Counted from the first letter of the stretch, positions 33,137-48,122 are shown. The stretch: DNA of 64,000 nucleotides from an uncultured Methanospirillum sp. (GCA_964637135.1 CAZWTX010000001.1:1-64000); one strand, 5' to 3'. Notes: generated by a model from the letters alone, not told the origin. Translations and numbers: made by a program.

Positions 33137-34129
33137 CGAGATCCTCCTGATCAAAATTCTCCCGGTTTCTCAAACGATGAGGTAACCGGCGAGATTCTTG
33201 CCCTCAAGGACGAACTCAATGCCTGTATCCTCGTGCATAACTATCAGCGGCCTGAGATCTACGAGGTCGCCGACCGGATCGGCGACTCCCTGGAACTGGC
33301 TCTCGCAGCGAAACGGGCCGGAAAGGAGACCATCGTATTTTGCGGGGTTGATTTCATGGCCGAGACAGCAAAGATCGTGAATCCCGGCTGCCGGGTCCTC
33401 CATCCGGTTCCGTCTGCCCGATGCCCGATGGCCCACATGGTCACCCCTGAAAAGGTGGCCGTGATGCGGGAGAAATATCCGGATGCCACCGTCGTCAGTT
33501 ATGTAAATACCACGACCGAACTTAAATCAGTCTCCGATCTCTGCTGCACATCTGCCAATGCGGTGGATATTGTCAGGTCAGCACCGTCTGACGACGTGAT
33601 CTTCCTTCCCGACCTGAACCTCGCCGCCTATGTCCAGCGGTACACCACGAAACGGATCATTCCCGGCCGGGGGAACTGCTATGTCCATGATGCCATCACG
33701 CCGGCAAAGATAGATGCTCTCCGTTCATTCCATCCCGGATCTTCTGTCATTGCCCATCCCGAATGCCGGCCGGAGGTGCTTGATCGGGCTGATGCCATCT
33801 GTTCAACCGGAGGGATGATTGCCTACTGTAAGGACAGTTCTGCCGGATCTTTTATCATCGGAACAGAGGTAGGTATGATCGAACGATTGAAGCGGGAGAT
33901 CCCAGAAAAAAAATTTTTCCCGGCTGCAGGAACCTGTGGACCGATGAAAGAGATCACCCTTGGAAAAATCCTTGCCTCCCTCCGGGACGGGACCGGAGAA
34001 GTGACGATCTCCCCGGATCTTGCAGCAAAAGCCCTCGTCCCGCTTGAGAGGATGCTGGAACGCAGTCGGAACCGTCGGTATGTTCCCTGCCGGAGCCTGA
34101 AGAAGACCGGTCTCGGATTCTTCTCGTAA
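33131..34129 (+). CDS. nadA: Quinolinate synthase
   Basis: HNYQ, GDSLEL, FCGVDFMAETAK, YVNT, CYVH, HPEC; start uncertain (33104 or 33131). Confidence 0.93.
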   Translation: MKRDPPDQNSPGFSNDEVTGEILALKDELNACILVHNYQRPEIYEVADRIGDSLELALAAKRAGKETIVFCGVDFMAETAKIVNPGCRVLHPVPSARCPMAHMVTPEKVAVMREKYPDATVVSYVNTTTELKSVSDLCCTSANAVDIVRSAPSDDVIFLPDLNLAAYVQRYTTKRIIPGRGNCYVHDAITPAKIDALRSFHPGSSVIAHPECRPEVLDRADAICSTGGMIAYCKDSSAGSFIIGTEVGMIERLKREIPEKKFFPAAGTCGPMKEITLGKILASLRDGTGEVTISPDLAAKALVPLERMLERSRNRRYVPCRSLKKTGLGFFS

Positions 34130-34318
34130 GGAGAGATCAATTCTCCCTGACGCCCGGTCCATCCGGCACAGGGGATGAGCGGGGATCCAGATCAGATCGC
34201 CGATCTGAAATCCTGTATATTTGGCCTTATTTTGAAAGATTGCGGGGATAATCTATTTCTGCAAATACTGCCTATTCCCAACTACTTTTATGGATAGTTG
34301 TCAATTCTTATGAGTAAC

Positions 34319-34332
34319 GTCACAATTGTGAA
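34319..34332. promoter_or_regulatory. Operator-like site GTCACAATTGTGAA upstream of pscS-metY-metX
   Basis: 13/14 match to TTCACAATTGTGAA, about 37 bp before the ATG. Confidence 0.8.
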
Positions 34333-34368
34333 AACCAAATCATTCTGATACGGAGGTGAAATAACACG

Positions 34369-38513
<4,145 letters not shown>

Positions 38514-38530
<17 letters not shown>

Positions 38531-38765
38531 TTTTGTCCGGGAACTTCTGGTAAAGAGCCGGCGTATTATTCTCAGTCATCTTCACCGGCTTGAAGATCCT
38601 TCCAGTGCTCCGGGCATTGAGCGACTTGCAGAAGATGTGTACCGGATGCATGTCGGACGGACATACACGATACTCTTTGCTATTCTGCCTGAACAAAATG
38701 TTGTCAGAGTAACTGACATCTTTCCCATTGGAATCGCTCATAAACGATACAACCGATATACGTGA
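38514..38765 (+). CDS. RelE/ParE-like toxin, probably a 5'-truncated remnant
   Basis: YRMHVGRTYTILFAI..VVRV..AHKRY pattern; TTG start overlapping metX; no antitoxin gene upstream. Confidence 0.55.
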
Positions 38766-38972
38766 GCCGTGATGGACACTATCTCTTAATCTGAAACATC
38801 CTGGATTGACGCCTTCGACTCTCTGAAAGGCCTATTACGCCTGCTGGAAGAGACCGATGCGGTTCGGATCGGTTATCGCCTCCTTCCCGGCTCCGGCTAT
38901 GCCCCGGCCGTATAGTTCAAGGAAGGAGTACTGCCTGTATTATACAGATGGATCTGTCAAGGCTGGTACAAG

Positions 38973-39069
38973 GAGGCTGTCCAGTGAAGAGAATTTAAGG
39001 CGAAATAATACTCTAATTAGACGAAAAGGGGCATAGATATATATAAGAAATCCTTCACTGGACAGCCTC
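38973..39069. mobile_element. 97-bp MITE-like IS remnant
   Basis: Perfect 17-bp terminal inverted repeats GAGGCTGTCCAGTGAAG (38973-38989) and CTTCACTGGACAGCCTC (39053-39069), AT-rich interior. Confidence 0.75.
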
Positions 39070-39279
39070 ACAACAATCAGTGCATCCGTCAATGACCGCG
39101 ATCTTCTCAGCATGAAATAGAGCATCATGAAATCGGTCCGGATCGACCCGGCAGGAGATACAATGCTCAATCATCCCGGGGTATCGTTGCATCAGATGCT
39201 CTCCGGTCTTCGCGGTAAGTTTCCCAGTATTCGATATCACGGAGCAGGTGATCAAGGTGATACCGTCATCGTCATGCAT
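39055..39279 (-). pseudogene. DGC zinc-binding domain gene truncated by the MITE
   Basis: TCSVISNTGKLT..IDGCTDCC, then reads into the inverted repeat and stops. Confidence 0.75.
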
Positions 39280-39291
39280 AAAATATGGTGA

Positions 39292-39750
39292 TTAGCAGCA
39301 TTTTCCGCCGCAACCACAGCCACCTGATCCATCGGATTTCTTCCCTCCGGTACCAGACTCCTGGATCTTCCCTTCCCCTTTCCAGGCAGCAGATGCAATA
39401 GATTCAACTTCGTCCGGGGTAAATGAACGATCCCCGCTCTTCTTCTCAACACCTAGATCGGTGATTACCAGGTGCTGGTGAACTGGGACTCCTGCCGACT
39501 CTGCTATCTTCTTTGCACAATCCATTCCGCACCCGTCGATGGCGACCACTTCATCAACCTCGTTGGCACGTTTTGCAAGTGCTTCAGACGATGCAAGGAG
39601 GGCGGTGCATGCATATCCCCCGTATCCTTCCTCATTGAGCTGGATTGCGGCTGCATTTGTGATCTGACCGGTATTTGCCTGCCCGCAGCAGGGGAAGATA
39701 ATCCGTGATTTTTCTCCACGGGCACAGGAGCACGGGGTTTGCTCTGCCAT
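39292..39750 (-). CDS. DGC domain putative zinc-binding protein
   Basis: IFPCCGQANTGQIT, AIDGCGMDCA; Cys-rich C-terminus. Confidence 0.88.
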   Translation of the reverse strand: MAEQTPCSCARGEKSRIIFPCCGQANTGQITNAAAIQLNEEGYGGYACTALLASSEALAKRANEVDEVVAIDGCGMDCAKKIAESAGVPVHQHLVITDLGVEKKSGDRSFTPDEVESIASAAWKGEGKIQESGTGGKKSDGSGGCGCGGKCC

Positions 39751-39989
39751 TATGCACTCTCCTTGATAATTTCCATAATCTCGTTGACGGTTGGAACCCG
39801 GCCGGCTATTACTTCTTCGCCGTCCAGGAACAGAGACGGAGTCATCATCACACCTCTGCTCACAATCTCCTCTAGCGCTTCAACTTTTACCACTTCTGCC
39901 TGAATGCCGGATTTTTTTACTGCATCGGTCACATTATCATACATACGCTTGCATTTCGTACATCCGGTTCCCAATATTTCGAGTTTCAT
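39750..39989 (-). CDS. Small redox-active disulfide protein (MTH895/ArsE-like thioredoxin)
   Basis: ILGTGCTKC, GVMMTP, GRVP. Confidence 0.9.
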   Translation of the reverse strand: MKLEILGTGCTKCKRMYDNVTDAVKKSGIQAEVVKVEALEEIVSRGVMMTPSLFLDGEEVIAGRVPTVNEIMEIIKESA

Positions 39990-40033
39990 ATTTCACCTTA
40001 ATTTGAATTATCTATGCATTTCTTGATCTGAAT

Positions 40034-40294
40034 TCATGTTTTACTTTTGTAATACTCTGCTAGAATCGCTGTTGCGTACATCTCCTCAGCACCCTTAGAG
40101 ATGTAATTATACACCTTCACTTTCTTCAAAATGATCTCTTTAATCTGCTGTTCGGATGAGAGATTCATCTCTTTTACCTCAGTGATAATCTCATCAAGCA
40201 TGGTGATCCCAGTCGGGATCCCGTTCACTGGAATTATCCGGATCCGACGCAATGCATCAGCTTGGCAACAGGGAACATCCTTATTCATGATCAC
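40034..40294 (-). CDS. Hypothetical protein with N-terminal PCC motif
   Basis: 86 aa, translationally coupled to the permease gene. Confidence 0.7.
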   Translation of the reverse strand: MIMNKDVPCCQADALRRIRIIPVNGIPTGITMLDEIITEVKEMNLSSEQQIKEIILKKVKVYNYISKGAEEMYATAILAEYYKSKT

Positions 40295-41361
40295 CCCGCC
40301 AGGTTTCCAAAGACAAATCCTGCCAGTGTTGAGAAGATAACTACCAGAACTGTGTACACCCCGGTCTTCTTCGCTCCCATCACTCTTGTCAGAACAAGCA
40401 GACTGGGCAGGCTCACACTCGGTCCGGTCAGGAGCAAGGCAAGAGCCGGTCCTTTTGCCATGTTCCCGGAGAGATACCCAAGAGTAGTCCCGATAACCGG
40501 TACTTCAAGCAGGGTTGGCATGTAGAGAATTGTCCCAATAACCGCAGCGGTAAAGTTAGCCAGGAGAGAATTGTCACCTAAATATGGTTTAAAGGTCTCA
40601 GGCGGGATAAAGTAGGAGAGCACTCCAAGAGCGAAAGTTCCAATCACCAGGATAGGGAAGATCTTCTTGGTCAGATCCCAGATCTCGTATCCCCATTCGG
40701 TCACCTCATCCCTGCTGAAATAATACATAAGCAGGAATGCAACGGCCATGGAGAGGAAGTACACAATCAGGAGTCTGATAAAGATGTCAAGTTGTGAGGT
40801 TGCAATGAGCAGGATTGCAATCAGGAAGATGAAGAATGCCGGCACAACCCACTGTGGCCGTTCCTCGCCTGCGGAAGAAATCCGAGGATTCTTTTTGGCA
40901 TTCGCCCGGACCTCATCATCATGCTCTTTAAAGATCAATGCCATGATAAGACCGATGGCGATTGACAGAAAGATAGCAGAGACCGCACGGGCTATCCCGA
41001 TATCAAGGCCGAGCACTTTTGCAGAATAGACAATTGCGAGTATGTTAATCGCCGGACCAGCATAGAGGAAGGTAATGGCCGGACCAATGCCACTTCCCTT
41101 TTTGAGAATTCCGGCAAACATTGGTAAAATTGTACAACTGCAGACTGCGAGAACGGTTCCGGACACAGAAGCGATTCCATAACTTACCGACTTCTTTGCA
41201 TCGGGACTAAAATATTTTAAAATGGCTTCTTTCTTAACAAAAGCCGCAATTGCACCGGCGATAAAAAAAGCCGGAATGAGGCAGGTAACGACGTGTTCGG
41301 AGAGGTATGCGAGAAGTGTCGTCCACCCTACTGAGAGGGCCCCGGTTAGAATATCAATCAT
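40291..41361 (-). CDS. ArsP/DUF318 family permease
   Basis: AVCSCTILP, FLYAGPAIN, MPTLLEVP, GPSVSLPS. Confidence 0.88.
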   Translation of the reverse strand: MIDILTGALSVGWTTLLAYLSEHVVTCLIPAFFIAGAIAAFVKKEAILKYFSPDAKKSVSYGIASVSGTVLAVCSCTILPMFAGILKKGSGIGPAITFLYAGPAINILAIVYSAKVLGLDIGIARAVSAIFLSIAIGLIMALIFKEHDDEVRANAKKNPRISSAGEERPQWVVPAFFIFLIAILLIATSQLDIFIRLLIVYFLSMAVAFLLMYYFSRDEVTEWGYEIWDLTKKIFPILVIGTFALGVLSYFIPPETFKPYLGDNSLLANFTAAVIGTILYMPTLLEVPVIGTTLGYLSGNMAKGPALALLLTGPSVSLPSLLVLTRVMGAKKTGVYTVLVVIFSTLAGFVFGNLAG

Positions 41362-41626
41362 TTATTAACACAACTCTTTCATTTTTGTCACATCTGCAGG
41401 GTTTTCTATTACACGCTGACACCATCTGCAATGGCAATATGCAGGCATTTCATCTTCACCAAAAAGTGGTCCGGGAATTTTCTATCATTTCAACAATTAT
41501 TGAATTGATTTAAAACTATTTAAGAATGATTATTTCAAGATTTTTTATATGAATTATGTGAAGGGTTTCATGGAAATCTGAAATCTGTCTTCGGGATTAT
41601 TCCCCATTGCAGACAAAGAAGAGAGT

Positions 41627-41812
41627 ATGTTTGAAGATATGGTTATCTCGTTTCCGTTGTTTGGAATTGTCGTCATGGTACTGTTCATGGTCATCATGAT
41701 GTGCGGGTGTTTCCTGATTATGCGGGTATTCAGGCGGAGAATGGGTTACATAAACGGATGCTGCAGATGCATGGAAATGGTCTGTAACAGGATAGAGGAG
41801 CTTGAATCATGA
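41627..41812 (+). CDS. Small Cys-containing membrane protein
   Basis: 61 aa with a hydrophobic segment; overlaps the next start (ATGA). Confidence 0.5.
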   Translation: MFEDMVISFPLFGIVVMVLFMVIMMCGCFLIMRVFRRRMGYINGCCRCMEMVCNRIEELES

Positions 41813-42180
41813 TCGCAGTACCTGACCAGCCCAGGGAAACGGCTGCAAAATCAGGCCCCATCATTCTCGCAACGTGTTCAGGGGTCTGTAACGTCGGACA
41901 GCTGACCACTCAGGCGGCGATCCAATTGATCCGGCGGGCTCCGGGATCGTTCAGATGGATGAAGGTGGAGAAGGGAAAGCGGGTACCGGCGGTATCACCG
42001 GAGGATACCGTCTGGGCAATTGTCGGCTGTGAGGACCGGTGTGCCTGCAAAGAACTGGAGAAATCCAAAATCTTCTATGAAAAAACCGTGATTGCAACTG
42101 ATCTTGGAATCGTCAGGGACATCAAAGCCCAAGTCCGGTTCGATGAGATAGACCGGTTTGCTGAAAAGATACGATCCTAA
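41809..42180 (+). CDS. DGC domain protein
   Basis: ATCSGVCNVGQLT, IVGCEDRCA. Confidence 0.82.
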   Translation: MIAVPDQPRETAAKSGPIILATCSGVCNVGQLTTQAAIQLIRRAPGSFRWMKVEKGKRVPAVSPEDTVWAIVGCEDRCACKELEKSKIFYEKTVIATDLGIVRDIKAQVRFDEIDRFAEKIRS

Positions 42181-42251
42181 TCGGCGAGATAATCTCTTAT
42201 TTAGAATATCGAATATCCACTTTCCACGAGAGAGAAATAGTCAGAAATCTC

Positions 42252-43091
42252 ATGAATACACTCAACGTCGTGAACAATATGGATTCATTTGCCTCAGGGT
42301 TTGCACGGGTTGATACCACCAGTGACGCCCATTCATTTGTACAATATCTTGATCTGGTACACTCACTCCCCTTTTTCCAGGAGTGTAAATCACTCAGTTA
42401 CGAACGGCTTGCCCTTTCACCAGGAGATTCCGTTCTTGAGATCGGGTGTGGGAATGGGGTTGATACCAAAAACCTTGCAGGAATAACCGGACCATCAGGA
42501 ACGGTCGTGGGAATTGACATCAGTGCTACCATGCTGAATGCTGCCCGGACTAATGCCGAAGCATCATCCGTCTCCCCCGAATTTCTCCTCTGTGACGGGC
42601 ATCATCTTGCGTTCCCGGACGAGACCTTCCACGCAGTGCGGTCTGACCGGGTGATCCAGCATACCCGGAATCCGTCTGCAGTGATTGCCGAGATCGCCCG
42701 GGTTACCAGGTCAGGAGGGACGGTGGTTATCTTTGAACCTGACTGGGGTACCTTCTCTCTCTGGCCGGCTGAACGCGGGATGAGCAGAACCGTTCTTGAT
42801 TTCTGGTGTGATAGTATCCCGTCCGGATGGGTAGGACGAACAATATTTACGGCGTGCACAGAGGCCGGGCTGGATGATATCAGCATTGAACCGAAGACCC
42901 TGATCATTACCGATCTAACGATTGCCAGAAAACTGTTCGATCTTGATACCACGTTCTCCCATGTGGTTCAGAGAGGGATTGTCCCACAAAAAGCCGTAAC
43001 ACAATGGGAGGAAGATCTGATTCAGGCTGATCGGAGGAAGCAGATGTTCAGTTCGCTGACCTTTTTCCTGGTAACCGGAAAAAAACCCTGA
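42252..43091 (+). CDS. Class I SAM-dependent methyltransferase (UbiE-like)
   Basis: VLEIGCGNG, GIDIS, LAFPDETF, RVTRSGG. Confidence 0.88.
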   Translation: MNTLNVVNNMDSFASGFARVDTTSDAHSFVQYLDLVHSLPFFQECKSLSYERLALSPGDSVLEIGCGNGVDTKNLAGITGPSGTVVGIDISATMLNAARTNAEASSVSPEFLLCDGHHLAFPDETFHAVRSDRVIQHTRNPSAVIAEIARVTRSGGTVVIFEPDWGTFSLWPAERGMSRTVLDFWCDSIPSGWVGRTIFTACTEAGLDDISIEPKTLIITDLTIARKLFDLDTTFSHVVQRGIVPQKAVTQWEEDLIQADRRKQMFSSLTFFLVTGKKP

Positions 43092-43216
43092 TATATTTCC
43101 AATATTTTAGATATTGTTGAGAGCCAGGATCGACACAGATTTCAACATCAGATATAAGATTATACCGTATTCCAAGATATTCTAAAATATTTCGAAACCA
43201 CGAGGATTGAATAGAA

Positions 43217-43552
43217 ATGGGATTACCTGAACCAATAGAAGAGAATCTTTGTGAGATTGGCGGAGTAGACGGTCTCAGACAATATCTCCCCCCTGATGAA
43301 GAACTGCTCAGGAAGAAGCAGGTGTTTACTGCACTCGCAGATACCACCCGGCTCCAGATCCTCTATCTCCTGAATGTTCAGCCGCTCTGTGTCTGTGTGA
43401 TCAAGGAAGTTATCGATATCGCAGACTCGAAACTTTCGTATCATCTCAAAACGCTTACCACTGCCGGTCTGATCGAAAAAGAACCGGAGGGTATCTTTCT
43501 CATCTATTCGATTACCCAGATGGGAAAGCGGTGTATCCAGATCTGGGTTTGA
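43217..43552 (+). CDS. ArsR/SmtB family regulator
   Basis: ALADTTRLQIL, PLCVCVI, SKLSYHLKTL. Confidence 0.9.
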   Translation: MGLPEPIEENLCEIGGVDGLRQYLPPDEELLRKKQVFTALADTTRLQILYLLNVQPLCVCVIKEVIDIADSKLSYHLKTLTTAGLIEKEPEGIFLIYSITQMGKRCIQIWV

Positions 43553-43766
43553 TCTTTTTTAGAAAAAGGACTGTTATCTCCATCGATCCGGGTAATGGAT
43601 TCAAAATTTTTTGGAGTGTCCAACATCTATTTATTAGTTCAAAATAAATTGAATGGGAGGGACCACCAGGTATGGGAGCGTTGAATATCACACCAATCCT
43701 GAAATCTTCGTTTCCCAGTACCCGGAAATCAGATCCCGAATATTCATTCTTCTTTCAGGTGTATCC

Positions 43767-44234
43767 ATGATTCAATCAGTACTACGTGTATTATCACTCC
43801 GGTCTGTTGTAATTGCCTTGATGTTCTGTCTCATCGGTGGTGCAGTCATCTCCGGCACGGTTGCTGCTGAAACGAACACGACCTCATCAGGAGTCACTCA
43901 GGTTGAGGTGTATCATTTTCATCCGAACCAGGGATGCAAGACCTGTACCACAATCGGGGATTATGCAGAAGAACTCGTGAATACATCCTATCCTACCGAA
44001 CTTGAAAACAGGAAGATGGTCTTTGACCACATTAATTTCCAGGATCCAAAAAATGCTGACCTTGTCAAGAAATTTGAGGTGACTGGCTCCTCTTTGATGA
44101 TTGGAGTGACCGATGCCTCGGGGTTCCATAAGGAAGAAGATATCAAGGTCTGGTATAAAGTGGGAAACAAAGATGATTTCATGACCTATCTCAAAGACCT
44201 GCTTGACAAACGGCTTGCCGGGAACCTGGAATAA
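43767..44234 (+). CDS. Exported thioredoxin-like protein (ArsF-like)
   Basis: N-terminal signal/TM segment; VYHFHPNQGCKTC. Confidence 0.78.
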   Translation: MIQSVLRVLSLRSVVIALMFCLIGGAVISGTVAAETNTTSSGVTQVEVYHFHPNQGCKTCTTIGDYAEELVNTSYPTELENRKMVFDHINFQDPKNADLVKKFEVTGSSLMIGVTDASGFHKEEDIKVWYKVGNKDDFMTYLKDLLDKRLAGNLE

Positions 44235-44270
44235 TCTATAAAAATCGCTCCCTTTCGTCTGATTTTTTGA

Positions 44271-44999
44271 ATGACAGATCTTATGAGTTTTATGGAGGCG
44301 ATGGGATCGAGTGATATCCCCCTTGTCGCCGCCTTCTTTATCGGGCTGATGATGGCGATCAGCCCCTGCCCGATGGCAACCAACGTCACCGCGATCGCAT
44401 ATGTGTCCCGGAAGATCGGGGATAGCCGATACACCATCCTCGTCGGATTATTGTATAGTCTGGGCCGGATGTTTGTGTATGTTGCCATCGCTGCCCTCAT
44501 CGTGCTCTGTGGTCTGAATGTACAGTCTATCGCCCTATTCCTGCAGGAATACGGGGATCTCCTTCTCGGTCCGATTCTCCTGATCTGTGGTATCCTTATG
44601 CTGGAGATCATCCCGCTATCCCTTGGGTTTGAGCATGCAGGGCTGCAGGAACTAAAAGAGCGGATGAGTCAGAAGTTATCAGACCAGGGACTAATTGGCA
44701 GTTTTTTTCTCGGAATCCTCTTTGCCCTGAGTTTCTGCCCGTTCAGTGCAGTCCTCTTCTTCGGGATGCTCGTGCCTCTCGCTCTGAGTACCCAGGATCC
44801 GATTGGAGTTCCTTTGGCATTTGGGTTTGCGACCGGGCTGCCCGTGATTCTCTTCTCGGTGCTGCTGGTCACCGGGGTGAAACGGTGCAGTTCCTTCCTG
44901 GGAAAAGTTCAGGCAGCTGAGGTCTGGTTCAGGAGAATCGTCGCGGTTGTGTTTATCCTGATTGGGCTGTACTTCATCATACGACCCTTCACCGGGTAA
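44271..44999 (+). CDS. CcdA/DsbD-like membrane protein (ArsG-like)
   Basis: ISPCPMATN and LSFCPFS Cys motifs; polytopic. Confidence 0.82.
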   Translation: MTDLMSFMEAMGSSDIPLVAAFFIGLMMAISPCPMATNVTAIAYVSRKIGDSRYTILVGLLYSLGRMFVYVAIAALIVLCGLNVQSIALFLQEYGDLLLGPILLICGILMLEIIPLSLGFEHAGLQELKERMSQKLSDQGLIGSFFLGILFALSFCPFSAVLFFGMLVPLALSTQDPIGVPLAFGFATGLPVILFSVLLVTGVKRCSSFLGKVQAAEVWFRRIVAVVFILIGLYFIIRPFTG

Positions 45000-45170
45000 T
45001 GTAGATGTGCAAAAAAGAGAAATTGCACAATATCTAAACCGTTTCAGAAAAAACTGATTGCTCTTTTTTTTGATATCGATGCAAATATTGAATCTATACA
45101 TACGTATTTGTAGATCGTATCTTACAATATTTTTGTATAAATTAGCGTGGAAACTAAAATAGAGGGTATA

Positions 45171-45599
45171 ATGAGTGGGAATGAAGTTCAGGTAACGATG
45201 GCACAGGTGGATGCGTTATGTTTTAAGGCTACTACCGGATCAGGTGTCGATTTTTTTGTTGAAGCATCACCAGGGCTTGGAGGAAGTGGGACAAATCCGA
45301 GTCCACTAGCACATTTCCTCGCAGCATTGGGTGGATGTACATCTATCAAAACCAAACTCGGACTTAAAAAAAGAGGAGAACCTTGTGAGTCTCTCTCTGT
45401 TGATATCAAAGCAAAACAAAAGGAAGAACCACCACAGATCTTTGAGAGCATACACCTTTCATTCACTCTAAAAGGGAACCTAGACGACCATAAGGTGTCT
45501 GAAACAATATCTGATGTGATAACTTTGAGTTGTCCGGTAGCGGTTATGATTGGTAAGGCCGTACCAATTACATGGGAATACCGGATTGTTAAAGATTAA
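45171..45599 (+). CDS. OsmC/YhfA family protein
   Basis: PSPLAHFLAALGGC..SCPVA. Confidence 0.85.
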   Translation: MSGNEVQVTMAQVDALCFKATTGSGVDFFVEASPGLGGSGTNPSPLAHFLAALGGCTSIKTKLGLKKRGEPCESLSVDIKAKQKEEPPQIFESIHLSFTLKGNLDDHKVSETISDVITLSCPVAVMIGKAVPITWEYRIVKD

Positions 45600-45644
45600 A
45601 AATTAAGATAGAAAACCCTGTTCCTGATTTTCTTTTTAATGTCA

Positions 45645-46055
45645 CTATTTTCCGAATTGATCGTCAATCCAGGCACAGAGAATATCCCTTACTTGTCTGA
45701 ACGTCTTCATCTGCTCATCCTCGGGTCCGGTGGCCGTGGATGGATCAGGAAAACTGACATGGATAGTCTCTTTTGCTCCAGGAAACATAGGACAGACAGC
45801 ATTGGCACTATCACAGACCGTGACTACTTGATCGATCTCTTGATTAAAAAATTCTTTCAGTTCCTTTGAACGGTGGTGACAAATATCTATTCCAATCTCC
45901 TTCATGGCCTTGATTGCGAGGGGATGGACCCGGGTCACTTCGGTCCCGGCACTCAGGCCTTGATATCGATAGTTGTATTTTGCGTTGAGATACCCTTCTG
46001 CCATCTGGGATCGGGCTGAATTATGGGTACAGATAAAGAGAATCTTCAGTTTCAT
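45645..46055 (-). CDS. arsC: Arsenate reductase (LMW-PTP fold)
   Basis: FICTHNSARSQMAEG, TVCD..CP, FPDP. Confidence 0.92.
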   Translation of the reverse strand: MKLKILFICTHNSARSQMAEGYLNAKYNYRYQGLSAGTEVTRVHPLAIKAMKEIGIDICHHRSKELKEFFNQEIDQVVTVCDSANAVCPMFPGAKETIHVSFPDPSTATGPEDEQMKTFRQVRDILCAWIDDQFGK

Positions 46056-46064
46056 CTTTATCCC

Positions 46065-46442
46065 TTATTTTGCCCGGTATTTTTTCTTCCACAGCTGATG
46101 AAGAAAGGTGATAATTGTTTTATCGGTATCTTCCTTGAGCCGATAGATCTTGTGATTCGAGCGATAGTAAGTATCGATGATATCGGCATCCTTGAGAATC
46201 TTCAGGTGGTTTGAGATTTGTGTTGGGGATTCTGTGAATATCCAATTAAACTCACAGACACACTGGTCCCGGTTACAGAGCATGAGAAGGATCTTAAGCC
46301 GAAGAGGATGGCTGACTGCTTTTAGAATCCGCTCCATCTCGTCTACATACGGATCTTCAAGTGCATTTTTCACCTGGTTGAGTTCATCTTCCCAGTCTTC
46401 CCGCAGGGCACAATCAGCGGGACAACACTTCCCGGTTACCAT
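46065..46442 (-). CDS. arsR: ArsR family regulator
   Basis: N-terminal CCPADC, HPLRLKIL, QCVCE, SNHLKILK; directly upstream of arsC. Confidence 0.88.
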   Translation of the reverse strand: MVTGKCCPADCALREDWEDELNQVKNALEDPYVDEMERILKAVSHPLRLKILLMLCNRDQCVCEFNWIFTESPTQISNHLKILKDADIIDTYYRSNHKIYRLKEDTDKTIITFLHQLWKKKYRAK

Positions 46443-46569
46443 ACCTGGACCTCCCAAAGCGGTGGCATAAGATACCTGCCAGAAGCCATAGATAATCGTA
46501 TTCCTTCATTTCATAAAAAACTGAATTGTAGATCATCCCTTTTCCCATTCTTTCGTTGATGTCATACTG

Positions 46570-47046
46570 GTGAATCAGATGGAGTATGAAACCATTCAGA
46601 TCAGTAAGATAGAAGGGGCCTGTGGCCTGTGTGAAGAATATTCAGAAAAGAACAGCACCACTCCCCCGAAGATTGCAATCCTCTCCTGCGAAGGGGCGTG
46701 TGCACGGGGAGAAGTCTCGCGAAGGGCGGCAAATCTTATTGCTCACACGTTAGTAAAAGATAAAACGGTCCGGATCTGTCTTGGCGGGGCGTTTACGAAG
46801 AACACTGGCCAACGGAGCCTGGTCAGGAGATCTGAAAAGAGTCTTGCTATTGAGGGCTGTTTTGTCTCCTGTGCTACCCGGATGATGCAGGGTGTGCTGC
46901 CGGACTGGAAACCGGAGATTATCCTTGCCGATACCCTGTATAATGAGTCTCTTCCGTTCGGGATAGATGAGGTGTCAGATGAGAAGTTCGATGCCTATGC
47001 CAGGCAGGTAGCTGAAAAAGTGATTGCAAAGTACATCCGGAATTAA
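46570..47046 (+). CDS. DGC domain protein
   Basis: CGLC, SCEGACARGE, RICLG, IEGCFVSCA. Confidence 0.85.
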   Translation: MNQMEYETIQISKIEGACGLCEEYSEKNSTTPPKIAILSCEGACARGEVSRRAANLIAHTLVKDKTVRICLGGAFTKNTGQRSLVRRSEKSLAIEGCFVSCATRMMQGVLPDWKPEIILADTLYNESLPFGIDEVSDEKFDAYARQVAEKVIAKYIRN

Positions 47047-47054
47047 TTATTTTA

Positions 47055-48122
47055 TTAACAAGAGGAACACGTTCCTCCTGAATTTTCTCCATACCACTTT
47101 TTCTTCAGCCAGAAAGCGACATTCACCAGGCTTATCAGGACCGGCACTTCTACCAGTGGTCCGATGACCGTTGCGAATGCGACCGGAGATGCAATTCCGA
47201 ATACGGCGATTGCAACCGCGATAGCGAGTTCGAAGTTGTTCGATGCTGCTGTAAAGGAGAGGGTTGCCGATTTCTGGTAATCTACTCCTGCCTTCCAGCT
47301 CATCCAGAATGTTGCAAAGAACATGATCAGGAAGTAACAGACCAGAGGAATGGCGACCCGAATTACATCAAATGGTACTTCGATGATGTACTCGCCTTTC
47401 AGGGAAAACATGACGATGATCGTAAAGAGCAGGGCGATGAGTGTTATCGGGGATATCCGGGGGATATAGGTCGTCTCATACCAGGTCTTTCCTTTCGCTT
47501 TGATGAGGATGATTCTGCTTAACAGGCCGGCAAGGAACGGGATCCCCAGGTAGATAAAGACACTGACCGCGATTTCTGCTATCGTTACGGTGACCGCTGT
47601 TCCTCTGATACCAAAGAACCGGGGGAGCATAGTGATGAATATCCAGGCATACAGGGAGAAGAAAAGAACCTGGAAAATGGAGTTGAGTCCTACGATAGCG
47701 GCACAATACTCCCCGTCTCCTCCGGCCAGATCATTCCAGACGATAACCATGGCGATACACCGGGCAAGGCCGACCAGGATAAGCCCGTACATGAGGAGTG
47801 GCTGGTCCTGGAGGAATATGATTGCAAGGATGAACATGAGCACCGGCCCGATGATCCAGTTCTGGACAAGCGAGACGCCGAGGACTTTCTTATCCCTGAA
47901 TACCCGGGAGAGTTCTTCGTACCTGACTTTGGCAAGGGGGGGATACATCATGAGAATCAGGCCGATCGCAATCGGAATGGAGGTTGTCCCGACGGAGAGA
48001 CCGGTGATGAACGCTGGGGCAGAGGGAGCGAAATACCCGATCGCGATGCCGATGATCATAGCGAGAAATATCCAGAGGGTCAGATATGTATCAAGAAATG
48101 AGAGTTTTTTCATCATGGTCAT
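47055..48122 (-). CDS. acr3: Acr3 arsenite efflux transporter
   Basis: [34 protein letters not shown]. Confidence 0.95.
   Translation of the reverse strand: MTMMKKLSFLDTYLTLWIFLAMIIGIAIGYFAPSAPAFITGLSVGTTSIPIAIGLILMMYPPLAKVRYEELSRVFRDKKVLGVSLVQNWIIGPVLMFILAIIFLQDQPLLMYGLILVGLARCIAMVIVWNDLAGGDGEYCAAIVGLNSIFQVLFFSLYAWIFITMLPRFFGIRGTAVTVTIAEIAVSVFIYLGIPFLAGLLSRIILIKAKGKTWYETTYIPRISPITLIALLFTIIVMFSLKGEYIIEVPFDVIRVAIPLVCYFLIMFFATFWMSWKAGVDYQKSATLSFTAASNNFELAIAVAIAVFGIASPVAFATVIGPLVEVPVLISLVNVAFWLKKKWYGENSGGTCSSC

Noticed and set aside
38901..38960. GGCCGTATAGTTCAAGG resembling a tRNA 5' end or att site at the island's left edge
   Set aside because: No cloverleaf or T-loop follows, and it does not match the tRNA-Cys copies.
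39992..40007. TTCA-N8-TGAA match upstream of the thioredoxin-like gene
   Set aside because: It overlaps the minus-strand RBS (AGGTGA) inside an operon, so it is probably coincidental.
42252..43091. Calling the island methyltransferase ArsM
   Set aside because: I cannot place the conserved ArsM As-binding cysteines, so it is left as a generic class I methyltransferase.
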